From NCBI GenBank assembly GCA_000934665.2, contig JYFJ02002518.1, forward strand, positions 1 to 55,542: a DNA stretch of 55,542 nt, read 5' to 3'. Below the pieces are notes generated by a model. That model did not search any database, was not told where the DNA came from, and saw only the letters and a list, made by a program, of their open reading frames with translations. This document shows, one piece after another, positions 23,774 to 36,699 of this stretch (the first letter of the stretch is position 1; the number at the start of each line of letters is the position of its first letter). Both the position numbers and the translations under genes were made by a program. The stretch is from Catajapyx aquilonaris (taxonomy: Eukaryota).

Positions 23774-26101
23774 TCAGTTCAGTGGAATTTGACACTTATT
23801 CGTGTGGTCATCAGAAATCACTTCCACTGAGTAGCACAGATTCTTGCTCCTAATTTTGCTGTAGCTATTGTCAAATATCACGATATCTGAAAATAATATA
23901 TTGGTTGAGCAAGTATTGTTATCATTCTGTTGCAATAATGCAGGACTTACATGTTCCTAAAGCCAATGGTTGGGTTTCTCCTTCTATGAGACACATATGG
24001 CTGTCGACCCTGGAGTAAGGCACAATTTCTTCCCATTCCTCTTGACATTTCCGCTGAATTGCAAAAGCAATGTCATGATTCTCAGTCTGGAACTCCCATC
24101 TGAAACGTTTAAAATAATAGGTTACGATAGCATACTGCTTATTGTACACTTGTACACTCACCTTAGTCGTGAGTTAATCTCAGTTATCTGAAATTCTACT
24201 TCATGGCAGTTTCCACTCTTAATTGACACCATGTTGAGCAAATCTCCTTCCTTCGCTTTGTTGTCCAGGTAGTATGATTCTGGCACTTTGCCTCCCAAAT
24301 TGATCTGGAAAAAAAGGATTTTTGAAATATCATAAGTTTTTTTTAACGATGTGGCTGTTTCTAATGCGACATCGACATGTCACACTCACCATTGATGGAC
24401 ACATGGGATTGCCATCTGGATCCACCATATTTCCTCCCCAGTGTTTGGGCAGCTGATCTGGATCTACTAATTCCAGAATGGCTGGCAACCATTTGGATCT
24501 ATCCGAATCATACACTTCAATCTTCTGTCTAGTCGAATCACTCAACAAGTTCTTAAACACATTGTAGATGAATGTGAAGTATCCAGGAGCTGTCATGATG
24601 TAAAATTAATATACAGTATTAACCCAATGTTACTGCATCTGCTATATTTTATTGCTCATCTTATTAACGATTATTATATTTCTTATTAATATTTTATGGA
24701 TGTTATAATGAGCCCTGACAACACTTACCATTCACTGTCAAAACTTTCTTTAACGTCTCTGGATAATTTTCTTCGTAGAGCTTGTATAAGCGAAGCGTCT
24801 CTTTTTGGGCTGTAATGAGAAGTACGAGTATTACTATTTATTTACTATATTATTATTATTTATTAAAGAGTTCATGAACGAGTAGTTACATAGCATCAGA
24901 TAGCATGTACCAAAAGAGATTTGAAGAGCACATACCTTGACGACAGAGTGAATCTTTCAAAGAGAGACCTTCCATGTCAATAATGACAACTTGCTGATGA
25001 ACAAAACTTCCTCGAAGTTGGCTCTGCCTGGCCATTTCCTGCCTGCTTGTCTCCATGTTGAGGACAGCGGTCTTGGTCAGGTCACTTGTAGTGACCGAGT
25101 TCAATAGCCCCATCATATCTGCTCTCCCAAATGGCATTATCCACACTGAGCATAAGAAAGGAGGCATCATTTGAATGAAATATTATACCAAGCTAAGCTC
25201 ATAGTCATATCATAATAATTGAACTCGGTGTGATGTCGGAGATTAAATTTTTGCCATAATTCGGCAAGAAGAATTCGTCAAATGTACTCCATTACACCTT
25301 GCCATCTGCATAGTACCTGGGCAACCTGTTTTGTCCACTCCAGGCATTCCTCTTGGGGAATACTTCGAAACGGCTTCAGGAGGTGTCCACGACTCCACTA
25401 TTTGATCAGCTCCTATTTTGCTTCTCCAAGCCATAGACTGTAATAAAAACAACGTCATGAATACTTTATGAAAGCCTTCAGTAGGATTATAGACGATATG
25501 TGTACTGACCTTACGCAACATATTCTCAGCCTTTTGTGGGTCATAATCTCTGGCTGAAAAAGAAATTATGAATGAGATTATGTATAGCCCTGGAGCAATA
25601 TGAGGTCACACGATTCGAGGTGACAATTAGGCTTATCTTTCTTATTCCACTTCTGAAGTAGCCTAGTACTGAGTTACTTTACAAAGCATGATTCTTCGTT
25701 GACTCTAATACGAGAATCGTAGAAAACAAAGTTATTTCTGAATGCAAGCATTTTAAAAATGCAAAAACGAAAGGTGCAGCACACCATAATATACAAGTTC
25801 CATAACACACAGTTCTAATAATATACATATCTTATCTTAGGATTACTCATGTCTGAGTAATTAATTACTATACTGCGCGCAGCAATTAATACGTCACAAT
25901 CCTCGTGAGTATTGCGTAAATTGCCTCTCACAGCATATGTAATGCTCGTCAGGATTATGCTCACAAGCAGCGTATAAATCATCGTAATATTGGCGTAGAT
26001 CAAAAGTTGCCCGCCAAACCTACCTTTCAGCCACTGCAACAAATAACAGTCGTCATCAATGGGCTTCTCGACATCCGCCACAGCCTCTCGAAACTAGATG
26101 A

Positions 26102-26165
<64 letters not shown>

Positions 26166-26205
26166 CCTTATTGAGAGCCTTCAGTTGTTTTGGCTTCAGT
26201 TCCAT
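23774..26205 (-). CDS. SEC14-like protein copy 8
   Basis: Exon 1 MELKPKQLKALNK (26167-26205; an in-frame upstream ATG at 26223). Motifs [35 protein letters not shown] and FDNSYS. Stop TGA at 23774-23776. Confidence 0.9.
26103..26163. repeat. (TTA)n microsatellite forming almost all of intron 1 of copy 8
   Basis: Direct inspection. Confidence 0.95.
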
Positions 26206-26781
26206 TGCTACGTTTGGCCTCATTTCACTGGTAGTCGTCTGGTAGTAGCACACAGTGATACTGCCGGTACGCTGCCTCACACCAGATAGTGTGAAAATTT
26301 TTCCATCCAATTGCAGAGTATGTATTTCATGACCTTGTATGGTGGAGATAAACGTCACTAGCTAACTGTAATAGTTCGTTCATCCTAGCTGTAACACGTG
26401 ACTGTGATTCCAAGGGCAGAGTGTGCTTTGGTCTAAATGAAGTCAATGAACGTGAAAATCAAATCGATGTATATGACAAGCACATATCGCTTATCATGCG
26501 TCAGTCGGTCATTACCACCGGTGGTCATTACTCACGCATGAGCAGCAATGATATAAATACCGAGTTTTTCAATAATTCAGATGTACGGTATAACTAAATT
26601 ATTATCGTCTTAGAATTTTCTATACAGTATAAAAAATTATGTAACATGTAAGACACTTCCAATTATTAAAATAATGCATTACAGTACTTGGTACTGTATG
26701 TGTTCAGAGTTGCTGAGTGCATAGGAATAGGATAATTTTGTTTAGTCATGCTATTAATTTAAATGAAGGTCAGGAAAGCAC

Positions 26782-27001
26782 CATGACATTTGCCGCCCTC
26801 TATTTGCCGCCCTAGGCATATGTCACTGCCTGCCAAGGGTATATTTTAACAATACAGGGTCTACAGCCTACATGTGCAAGTCATTATCCTAAGATAGCGA
26901 CTTGCACATGTAGGCTGTAGATCCTGTAGTGTTAAATATACCCTTGGCAGGCAGTGACACGTGCCTAGGGCGGCAAATTTTAGAGGGCGGCAAATGTCAT
27001 G
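26782..27001. repeat. 220-bp foldback palindrome, probably MITE-derived
   Basis: CATGACATTTGCCGCCCTCTA..TGCAAGTC is mirrored by GACTTGCA..TAGAGGGCGGCAAATGTCATG. Confidence 0.85.
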
Positions 27002-27074
27002 TAGGCGGAAAATTTTATTCAGGAGAAAATTTGACGCGTGCGAAAATATTTAATACATGGCGTCACCGTTCATG

Positions 27075-27232
27075 TGCCGCACCAAGATGAATCGCCCGAT
27101 GTCCGAGACCAGTAAGGGCGAAAGTCGCGTGCATTCTTCCCCCCTAGGACAGTGGGGATCTGTGCCCGATCTATACGCGACTTTCGATCTTACTGGTCTG
27201 GGCATCGGCCGATTCACCTTGGATCAGCATAA
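27075..27232. repeat. Imperfect GC-rich palindrome (MITE-like)
   Basis: CCAAGATGAATCGCCCGATG..AGACCAGTAAG..CGAAAGTCGCGT mirrored by ACGCGACTTTCG..CTTACTGGTCT..CATCGGCCGATTCACCTTGG. Confidence 0.65.
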
Positions 27233-27416
27233 AAGTGTAAACCCCAATATGAAATTCACTGGATTTTGCTATGTACTTGTAGGAGTATCCATGACCAAAA
27301 TTTCATTATTATTATTTTTTAAATTGCAATTTTTGAGATATTTGGCCTTGAAATCCGCAAATTTCGGAATTTCCCCAATCTCGAACCTAAAAATCAGCCA
27401 GGAGTGAGTGTGTGGG

Positions 27417-27447
27417 GGGCGGGGGGGGGGNNNNNGGGGGGGGGGGG
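27417..27447. other. Poly-G tract with assembly gap (NNNN at 27431-27434)
   Basis: Direct inspection. Confidence 0.95.
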
Positions 27448-27888
27448 AGATAAGGCGATGATGCCTAGGGGCGACAAAAACCTAAATATGTCACTGTTGG
27501 CAGGGTTCTCAAAGTTATGGCTTACGTAGATCATTGGTATCAATTTCAAATAGTCATATCCTTTCTCAAAATACAGTGTCAGCCAGACAGCCAGTCTAGC
27601 CTGACAGAAGTGACACAACAAATACGTAGTCGTTGAGTATGTGCAGGGATGGGCACTAAATACTTGAATGTAATTAAATACTAAATACTAACTACTGCAA
27701 AAAAATGTAATTAAATGCTAAATACTAAATACTGCACAAGAAAGTAATTAGATACTAAATACTAAATACATCAAAAGTATTTAAATACTTTCGTAAATAC
27801 ATTTCAAATACATTTTTTGTTAATGTGAACTATTTCTTGCCATCATTATTTGGATAAAAAATGAAAACATAACATATTTCTATTATTA

Positions 27889-29139
27889 CGAGGCGCATCC
27901 AGAAAGTAAGGTCCATTTTTTAATTAGAAAAACCACAATGCACCCCAGAATTTTTATTTACACATCTGAAATAGGCAACTGTATACTTTTTTCAAAAATA
28001 GTTTCCAGCCAAATCGAGGCATTTTTCATTGAGTTACACACGATTTTGTATGCCTATGTCATAGGAGTCTGCCGCAAGCTATTTCCGCGACCCCTGAACG
28101 CTGGATTGCAATTCTTCTTCATTGTCAACATTATGCTTTGCAAGCCATTTCTTTCTGTCAATGGACAGGTAGTAATCGCTAGGCTCCAAATCACAAGTGA
28201 TCAAACAATTCTCACTTGAATTGTTGCAGCATGGTTCCAGCACGTAAAGACAGTAGGCAGACGGGCATTGTCCGAGGGTCTGTCGGCAATATTATACCGA
28301 TACGTTCCTTATTAATGGCCATCCTTATCTTCTGTACCCCTTTTGGATTGATCAAACGTAGCGTTGAGTTTCGTGGTGTTTTCTTGCGCGACAGTGCCTG
28401 TCTGCCTAGTGCCTTGCGTATACTGGAACCATGCCCCAACAATATATTCAAATGTGAATTGTTAGATCACCCGGGCAAGGCTGCACCCGGGATTTAGAGC
28501 CTAGCAATAATGACCACCTGTAAATGGACAGGAAGAAATGGCTTGCAAAGCAGAATGTTGACGATGACGAGGAATTGCATTCCAGCGTTCAGGGGTCGCG
28601 AAAATGACTTCTATGACATAAACATACAAAATATTGGGGAGGTGCGGTGGCAGAGATGGCTTGCTGTGTGAAAGGTCCCAGGTTCGACCCCCGCCTGGGA
28701 GTTCCCTTTCACCTGCGTCGGGAGGGTCTCTGACCCGTACCTTGGAGGTGTCTGGCAACCTAACCTCCTGGGGGACATGCACATGGCTCAAACTTGAGAC
28801 ATTGCACCTGCACCTATACGTTCCCTCCCCAAAAATCCCTACCCTTACCCAATGTCCTTGATTTCCCTGCACCGGAGTTGAATAAAAACCAAAAATAATT
28901 AAGAAAATATGGTGGTATCCCACCTCCCCTAAAAGAGCCACAGGCTCTATCACAGGGTAGAAGAAGAAGACATACAAAATCGTGTGTAACTCAATGAAAA
29001 ATGCCTCGATTTGGCTGGAAACTATTTTGCAAAAATTTAGACAGTTGTCGATTTCAGATGTGTAAAAATAAAAATTCTGGGGGTGCATTGGAATTTGTCT
29101 AATTTAAAAAAACGGAACTTACTTTCTGGATGCGCCTCG
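27889..29139. mobile_element. Mariner-derived foldback element (two inverted transposase 3' halves)
   Basis: TIR CGAGGCGCATCCAGAAAGTAAG with TA TSD. Both arms translate outward to a degenerate mariner C-terminus, e.g. DLEPSDYYL..KKWL..EEL..LAADSYDIGIQ..EKCLDLAGNYF. Confidence 0.88.
28633..28969 (+). mobile_element. tRNA-derived SINE inside the right arm of the mariner foldback
   Basis: A/B boxes (GGTTCGACCCC), (AAG)n tail and 11-bp TSD ACATACAAAAT. The left arm shows the empty site. Confidence 0.85.
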
Positions 29140-30254
29140 TATCATGCTGCAAGCTGCCTAGGAGAAAAAGCTGCCAATTAGCTGCTTTTATTTCATTATA
29201 GGAATCAGAATTAAGAATTATGCAAATAATATTAAAAGGGAATTAGGGAAAGTATTTACGATATGTATTTAAATACTTCTGTATTTAAATACTCAGAAAT
29301 GTATTGAAATACAGTATTTAAATACAGGAAAATCAATGTAGTTATAAATACATATCTAAATACCAAGAAGTATTTAAATACGTATTTAAATACATTTGTA
29401 TTTAAATACTGCCCATCCCTGAGTATGTGCAAGTCACTTCATGGATAAAAGGTAGTAACACACCCTGTGACTTTTCTTCAGCTTTTCTTCAAAGATACCA
29501 TTTTAAATGTAAGGATTTACTGGTATTGCGAGGCAATACATAATTCTCTACAAGAGACAATTATGAAATTGTCAAAATATCATATTACAGTAATATTTAC
29601 TGGCATCTGTGATTCCCCTCCTCCCAGTATGACTTATAACCACAAAATAATATTTGTAACTGGTCTCAAAACGAAGTAATCGCATATCACCTTCACAACA
29701 CACGCAATAAAATATTATTGTAGGCCTACTTTCATTTTTGATCATACATGAGCAGACTGTACAACAATGCTGCTTGTGTTACATGCATATAGTCAAATAA
29801 GTGACCTCGAGGTTATATCACTACCTCTCATTTTTTTGCCGACTCTTTTTATGACGCAGGAAGAATATTGCGAAAGATGGCACCTGGAAAACACGCGCTT
29901 TTAAATTAATTTCAACACTGTACTTTGCCTTAATTGCCTGCCTTGCGCAACATAAGTATTGCAAGAAGTTTCTCGGGATCTAATTCTAACTCTCAACTGT
30001 CTCAAGCAATAAGTCTGAGAATTATGTTAAAAATTGTTGCCTAATAAGGTTTATTTTCTATAGTATAATAGGCATGTACAGTCTCCTACTACAACCTAGG
30101 AGTGCTTTAAATTATGTTCAAAACCACTGAATATGTGGCCCTCGTTTCGACAATATGATTTAAGTGATCTCTTAGGACAAAAGTCATAGCAAAATAATAC
30201 GAGTATCACGCATGGTAGGACGAGTATGGCAACCGATGGCAACGAATCTTAGTA

Positions 30255-30379
30255 CAGTGTTGGTCATATATCGAGGCAACTGCCAGCGACATTTTCCGAA
30301 GCGGCAGAAGAAGGAAATTCCTTCTTCTGCCGCTTCGGAAAATGTCGCTGGCAGTTGCCTCGATATATGACCAGAACTG
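30255..30379. mobile_element. Near-perfect palindromic MITE
   Basis: About 60-bp arms with no real spacer, TA flanks; related to 11171-11447. Confidence 0.85.
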
Positions 30380-30539
30380 TACCTGACACTACTATTGCAT
30401 GCTGTCATGGCAAAAGGGTAATTATTCATTCTTATTTTATTTTAATTGGCATAATACTACATGGTTAGGTTATGTGACAGTAAAGAAAATGGTTTTCTGT
30501 TGATCGTGTTGAACTTCATATTATTTTGAGTAAGTTCGA

Positions 30540-32330
30540 TATGGTTTTCTGAACTGGGTGGTGTAGTATTTCAATAGTGTAGTGCACATTAGCTTAGTTC
30601 TCAGTTTGCTTTTCACAGTGAAATGAGCTCACATGCCAATGTGGCTTTCTGAACTGGGTGGAAGCATACTTCCTCCTCAGTTTGCTGTAGCTGTTATCGA
30701 ATATTACCACACTGCGAAAAGAAAGGAACTGACATATCTTGTAATGTAAGAAAAATGCGCGTGAAATATTTCATAGCTAGCAAAAAATGCAAGGTCGTGG
30801 TTTTTTTACAATGTGAGGAAAAGATTTGCGAGAAAACATCTGTTGTATTTCATCACATGTGTTGCATCAGTGCAATGGAAGAAATGATGAAATCTTAAAC
30901 ATAATTATCTACTAATCATGAAATTACATGCTTAGAAGCATGGCAACACGTGCCAATTGTTGTCTCAACCTTGGTTATCATTTTCAATGATATATCACCA
31001 ACAGGGATGGAAAAAGAACCGCTTCCTCCCAAAGAAGCGGTTCTTTTTCCATCCATGATCACCAACGTCTGACTTAAAAGATGGATTCTGATAACTTTTG
31101 TAGAGACAAAGGGCACACGAATAGTACCACTTACATTTTCCTTCTTCCAGAGAGTGCGTCTGACCCCGTACCGTGGTATCGCAACAATCCAGAAGAGTGC
31201 AGGGAAGCACTTCTTGCCTATCATTGTTTCCATCTATACTGAATATGCCAAAAGCGATGTCGTATCCTTCTGTTCGAATCTTCCAGCTGACATTCGGAGC
31301 ATGGCAGTTAATTTTGGCATATTATTTGCGTCATCAACATTTACCTTATTTTCGAACCAGATTGAGCAATGTACACATCCACTTCCAATTTATCACCACT
31401 TTTAATTGTAGCTGCCTCCATTAGCTTGTCATTTACACCTGTCTTCTTGCTAGACATGTAGTAGGACTCGGGGATTACCCCTCCCAGGTTAACCTTCAAT
31501 GGAAGAAAAATGTACTTACTGGCAGGATTAAATGTACTCTCATAATAGTGATTATTACCTTGGATGGGCATTTGGGGTCTCCATCTGGATCCACCATCGT
31601 TCCTCCCCAGTGTTTGGGCAGCTGGTCAGCATCTATGAATTCCAATATGGCCGGAACCCACTTGGTTCGGTCCGAATCATACACGGAGATCTAGCTTCTT
31701 GTGTATTCATTCATGAAATTCTTCCAGATATTAAACAAAAATGCAAAGAACCGTGGAGCTAAATAAGATATTTAATGTAGTTTTCATGGGTACTCCGAGC
31801 AGTGAGTGGAATTACCTGGGCATCCTTCCTTGTCAACACCAGGCAGACCTAATGGGATGTACTTGCCAAGCACTTCCGGACACATCCATGATTCAATAAG
31901 ATCATCGGGTCCTATTTTCTCTCTCCACGCCATGGACTGCATAAAATTGTACATAGAAATTAAAAGATAAGCTATACAATATTTCCGAAATATTTTTGAA
32001 AGGCACGCACCTGTCGCAGCATGTCCTCTGACTTCCGGAGGTCGATATTCCTTGATAGAAAATATTTCGGCGCATTTTTAAAAAACAGTAATGGCAATGG
32101 GGAGACACAGAAACTCTAGAGCGTATAGTGAATAATGGGTCATACTAAATTTTAACCACTGCAATAAGTACTCGTCCTGTTCACATGGTTTCTTCAGTTT
32201 CTTGACATCAGACACTGCCTTACGAAACTGAAAACAATAATATCCGGCTTGCTTATTCAAGGTAACTGTACTGCTGGAGTAGAGGATTACCTCTGTCAAA
32301 ATTATCCATTTGTTTGTTGCTCAATTCCAT
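30540..32330 (-). pseudogene. SEC14 copy 9 pseudogene (close relative of copy 10)
   Basis: Exon 1 has +1 nt; the exon 2 donor and exon 3 acceptor are lost; exons 5-6 are deleted; exon 10 has a 1-nt loss, an internal deletion and a partial duplicate at 30540-30610. Exons 7-9 and their introns are nearly identical to copy 10. Confidence 0.85.
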
Positions 32331-33251
32331 CGTGACAATTATTATAATACGAGTATGTCAAGTAGACACACAATCACTGCACTGACTGTATATATATTCT
32401 ACCAACTTCTCCTTTTGTGCTCCAGCTGCATCCACGATGAAGGATGATCGTGAATGAATCACCTTCCATTACTTCGCTTCGAGGCTTGCAAAACCTTCCA
32501 GTTTTTATTGACATTAATAATTTATACGCCATTAATTATTGCAACACCATAGAATATATTGTGACGTTCATTTTGACAAAAGCTTGCTTATAGGGGTGGT
32601 GACATAGTATACCCTGAGGTCCGAAAAAGACCCCACGTTTCAAGTTAAGGGTCAAGCAACTCCATATTATGTCATCGGGAGGACCTGTTGTCTATTTTTA
32701 AATATCAGACTATTCCTTCAAATGTGCACGATATATCCTCCCCCTCTCGTCATCGGGTAGCAACCCCCCCCCCCCTCCTTCGATGATGGCGTAATATGTG
32801 TCCGGCCCCTTGGCACATATCCGACCTTTTAAATAGTTTAAAAAAACGTTCTACCTGACAGAAAGTGCCAACATAGGATCAAATCTTACAGATGACATTG
32901 GGAAGCATTTAGTGATAATCATTAGCTACATGAATTTATGACAATTTTTGAACCAAAGTGTGATAGCTATGCAGACATGATATTTTAATTTATCACAGGT
33001 TTTTATTATAGTTGTCTTAATTGCACCCTCTGTTACATCCGCCTTCTTGTTCTTGTTAGACATGTATTGAGGATGTCCCTTCACAGATTCACACAAATAT
33101 TTCCTGCATTTCTCATGGATTTAACTTATGTCACAGTATTTTTCATGTGTTCCTTTTTTACCATAGTAGCAATATATTGTGGTTTTAGACACTTTGAGGC
33201 ATGAAAATATTCAGCCTTTGATCTCGGTGACCGTCGATGACTCTTCAGCGC

Positions 33252-35473
33252 TCACATGTCAGTATGGTTTTCTGAACTGGGTGGAAGCACTTCAATAGAG
33301 TAGTGCACATACTTCCTCCTCAGTTTGCTGTAGCTGTTATCGAATATTACCACATCTGCGAAAAGAAAGGAACTTACATACCTATCATGTAATGTAAGAA
33401 AAATGCGCGTGAAATATTTCATAGTTAGCAAAAAATGCAAGGTCGTGGTTTTTACAATCTTATGAAAAGATTTGCGAAAAAACCTCTGCCGTATTTTCAT
33501 CACATGTGTTGCATCAGTGCAATGGAAGAAATGATGAAATCTTAAACATAATCATCTACTGATCATGAAATTACATGGTTAGAGGCATGGCAGCACGTGG
33601 CAATTGTCTCAATTTTGGATATAATTTTCAAATAATATATCACCAACGCCTGACTTAAAAAGATGGATTACAATATATTCATCTGGTAACATTGCTGGCG
33701 ACCCGATCAAGTAACACACGAATGGCAAGAGCCCCACTTACATTTTCCTTCGTCCAGAGAGTGCGTCTGACCCCGTACCGTGGTATCGCAACAATCCAGA
33801 AGAGTGCAGGGAAGCACTTCTTGCCTATCATTGTTTCCATCCATACTGAATATGCCAAAAGCGATGTCGTATCCTTCTGTTCGAATCTTCCAGCTGACAT
33901 TCGGAGCAGGGCAGTTAATTTTGGCATATTATTTGGGACATCAACATTTACCTTATTTTCGAACCAGATTGAGCAATGTACACATCCACTTCCAATTTAT
34001 CACCACTTTTTATTGTAGCTGCCTCCATTAGCTTGCCATTTTCATCTGTCTTCTTGCTAGACATGTAGTAGGACTCGGGGATTACCCCTCCCAGGTTAAC
34101 CTTCAATGGAAGAAATGTACTTATACTGACAGGATTTAATGTACTCTCATAATAGTGATTATTACAATGGATGGGCATTTGGGGTCCCCATCTGGATCCA
34201 CCATCGTTCCTCCCCAGTGCTTGGGCAACTGATCTGGATCTACGAATTCCAATATGGCCGGAACCCACTTGGTTCGGTCCGAATCATACACGGAGATCTT
34301 GCTCCTTGTGTATTCATTCATGAAATGCTTCCAGATATTAAACAAAAATGCAAAAAACCGTGGAGCTAAATCAGAAATTTAATGTATTTTTCATGAGCAG
34401 TAAGGGGAATTAATACTGGCACTAAAATCCAACAATAAATAATAATCAGCTACTCACCATTTATTACAATGACTTTTTTCATTATCTCCGGATAATTATC
34501 TTCACATACCCTGATAAGCTTCTTCAGCAGGTACAAAGCTGGCAAAATTAAACATGGATCTATCTTACAAAAACATATCAAAGTTGCTATTTAATATATT
34601 GCAAGGGCACTCATAACAGTAGCCTACCTGGAGGATACGTCGCATTTCGAAATGAAAAGCACTCTAAATCAACGATTGGCACAGTCTGACCAACAAACTT
34701 TCCACGCAGCTTGCTCTGTCTAGCCATTTCCAATCGACCGATCTCCACGTTTTTAGCACTAAAGGTAACAATATCATCTACGGGGCACGATTTCAGTAAT
34801 CCTATCATATCCAGTATCCCGGTAGGAATAATGAACACTGGAAACATCACAGATTAGCTTTCATAATATTATGCAGAAATAACAAGCCATTTTTATATCT
34901 CCATATTGCAGACGCTCTTGTGGATTCTTGAGGTATTTACCTGGGCATCCTTCCTTGTCAATACCAGTGACACCTAATGGGATGTACTTGCTAAGCACTT
35001 CTGGACACACCCATGATTCAATGAGGTCATCGGCTCCTATTTTCTCTCTCCAGGCCATGGACTGCATAAAATTATTGTACATGGAAATTAAAAGATAAGC
35101 TATACAATATTTCCGAAATATTTTTGAAAGTCACGCACCTGTCGCAGCATATCCTCTGACTTCTGGAGGTCGAAATTCCTTGCTAGAAAATATCTAGGTG
35201 CTCATTAAAGAAAAACTAATCCGGGCAATGGGGAGTTACCCTGTACCCTGTACAATGTACATATAGTGAAACTCAAACACTTAGAGTGGGATAGAATCAT
35301 ACTACCTCTTAACCATTGCAATAAGTACTCGTCATGTTCACAAGGTTTCTTGACATCACATACTGCCTTGCGAAACTGAAAACAATAATATCAGCTTCGT
35401 TTATAAGTAACTGAATTGGACTTGTAAGGATTACCTCTGCCAGGATATCCTTTTGTTTGGCTCCCAATTCCAT
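33252..35473 (-). CDS. SEC14-like protein copy 10
   Basis: Exon 1 MELGAKQKDILAE. All 10 exons are in frame ([45 protein letters not shown]). Stop TGA at 33252-33254. Confidence 0.88.
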
Positions 35474-35799
35474 CGTGACAATTACTATGCTCTCAGGGTG
35501 ATGAAAAGCAAGCTAAGTCAAAGGTGTGTATGAACAGTTGGAAACACTCAATCACTGACTGTATATTCTACCAACTTGTGCTCCAGCTGTTCATCCACGA
35601 CTAAGGATGATCGTGAATGAATCACACCACTTTCATTACTTCGGATCGAGAATTGCAAAACCTTCTAGTTTTTATTGAGGTTAATGATTTGTACGCCAAT
35701 AATTGCAACACCGTAAAAATTGTGACGTTGAAACGCAGTGTTATGCAAAAGCAGGAAAGGGGCCCATTTTAATCCTTCATTTGGAGGTGTACTGATTAA

Positions 35800-36561
35800 A
35801 GGGACACTCCACTCAAAAAAAAAGTTGGCCCCCAAAAATCGGGCAAAAAATTCTGATTCCGAATGTGCAAGCGTTTTTTTTTCTACGCCCAACGGTAACA
35901 TGGAAAATCATGTATCTACACACGTCGTCTCGCGTCGTCTCCTAAGAAGGGTGTGACCTGAGCGGCTAGGAGCACACACAAAATATAAGTCAGTGGATTC
36001 AGTGAAAGACAGACAGTTTATTTCCGTTTCAGTATGTCACCAAAAGATGGTAGGATAAGGATAATGAGGTTAGGGAAGGTAGTCAGGAGCGACCAGTCAC
36101 CAGGATATTCTCCTAGAGAATGGCCTCGAGTATTGTGCGAAGCGTGCTTATATAGTGGCGCAACGCAATGCGAGATGGGAAATGATGCCTGGCGAAGTCA
36201 CGTGACCAATTGGGGTGCGAGTACATTGAGGCACAAAATAATGGGACCATATACAGTCATGTCCAAAATAATATGGTCACAAGGGCGATACAACACCATC
36301 CCGCGGCAAACTGGAGAAGTATAGTGTGCTCAGTAAACACCATGCCGCGCCAGGCGAGCCTGGTCTAGTTCCGCCCGGTTCCACTCTGGTGGCGTCGCCA
36401 CCTGCGCCCACCTGCCCCGCGCGCGGTTTTCGAACGACACAATTCCAGCTTTCACACTGGCCTTACCGTTCGTCTCTAAGAAAAACTGCTTATACCCTCG
36501 GAATCAGGATTTTTTTGCCCGATTTTTAGAACCCAACTTGTATTTTGAGTGGAGTGTCCCT
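35800..36561. mobile_element. Kolobok-like non-autonomous DNA transposon
   Basis: TTAA TSD and about 60-bp TIR AGGGACACTCCACTCAAAA (purine termini, unlike piggyBac CCC). An inverted second copy lies at 54089-54579. Confidence 0.8.
35952..36281 (-). mobile_element. Solo LTR (330 bp) nested in the Kolobok-like element
   Basis: TGTGACC..GGTCACA termini, 4-bp TSD AGGG, minus-strand TATATAAG (about 36150) and AATAAA (36017-36022). The copy at 54089 shows the empty site. Confidence 0.75.
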
Positions 36562-36699
36562 TTAAGAGGGCACACAGAAGGACTCCTCGTCAATAATTAT
36601 TATTGTGTACCGTACCTTAACTGAAGAAATATTCGTATGACTGTGCTAGAATAGTTTATTAAAATGCCTAAGTTATATTTTCAAGATTTTACATATTAC

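Larger units (their letters stand above)
27644..29421. mobile_element. Non-autonomous hAT element hosting nested insertions
   Basis: TIR CAGGGATGGGCA, perfect 8-bp TSD AGTATGTG (27636-27643 and 29422-29429), subterminal GTATTTAAATAC repeats. Confidence 0.9.

Noticed and set aside
27655..27810. CRISPR-like or satellite array of TAAATAC repeats (also 29250-29410)
   Set aside because: Irregular subterminal repeats of a hAT element in a eukaryotic, intron-rich context; no unique spacers or cas genes
28501..29088. 195-aa ORF as a possible transposase
   Set aside because: It is antisense to the decayed mariner arm and runs through the SINE; no intact transposase exists in the window
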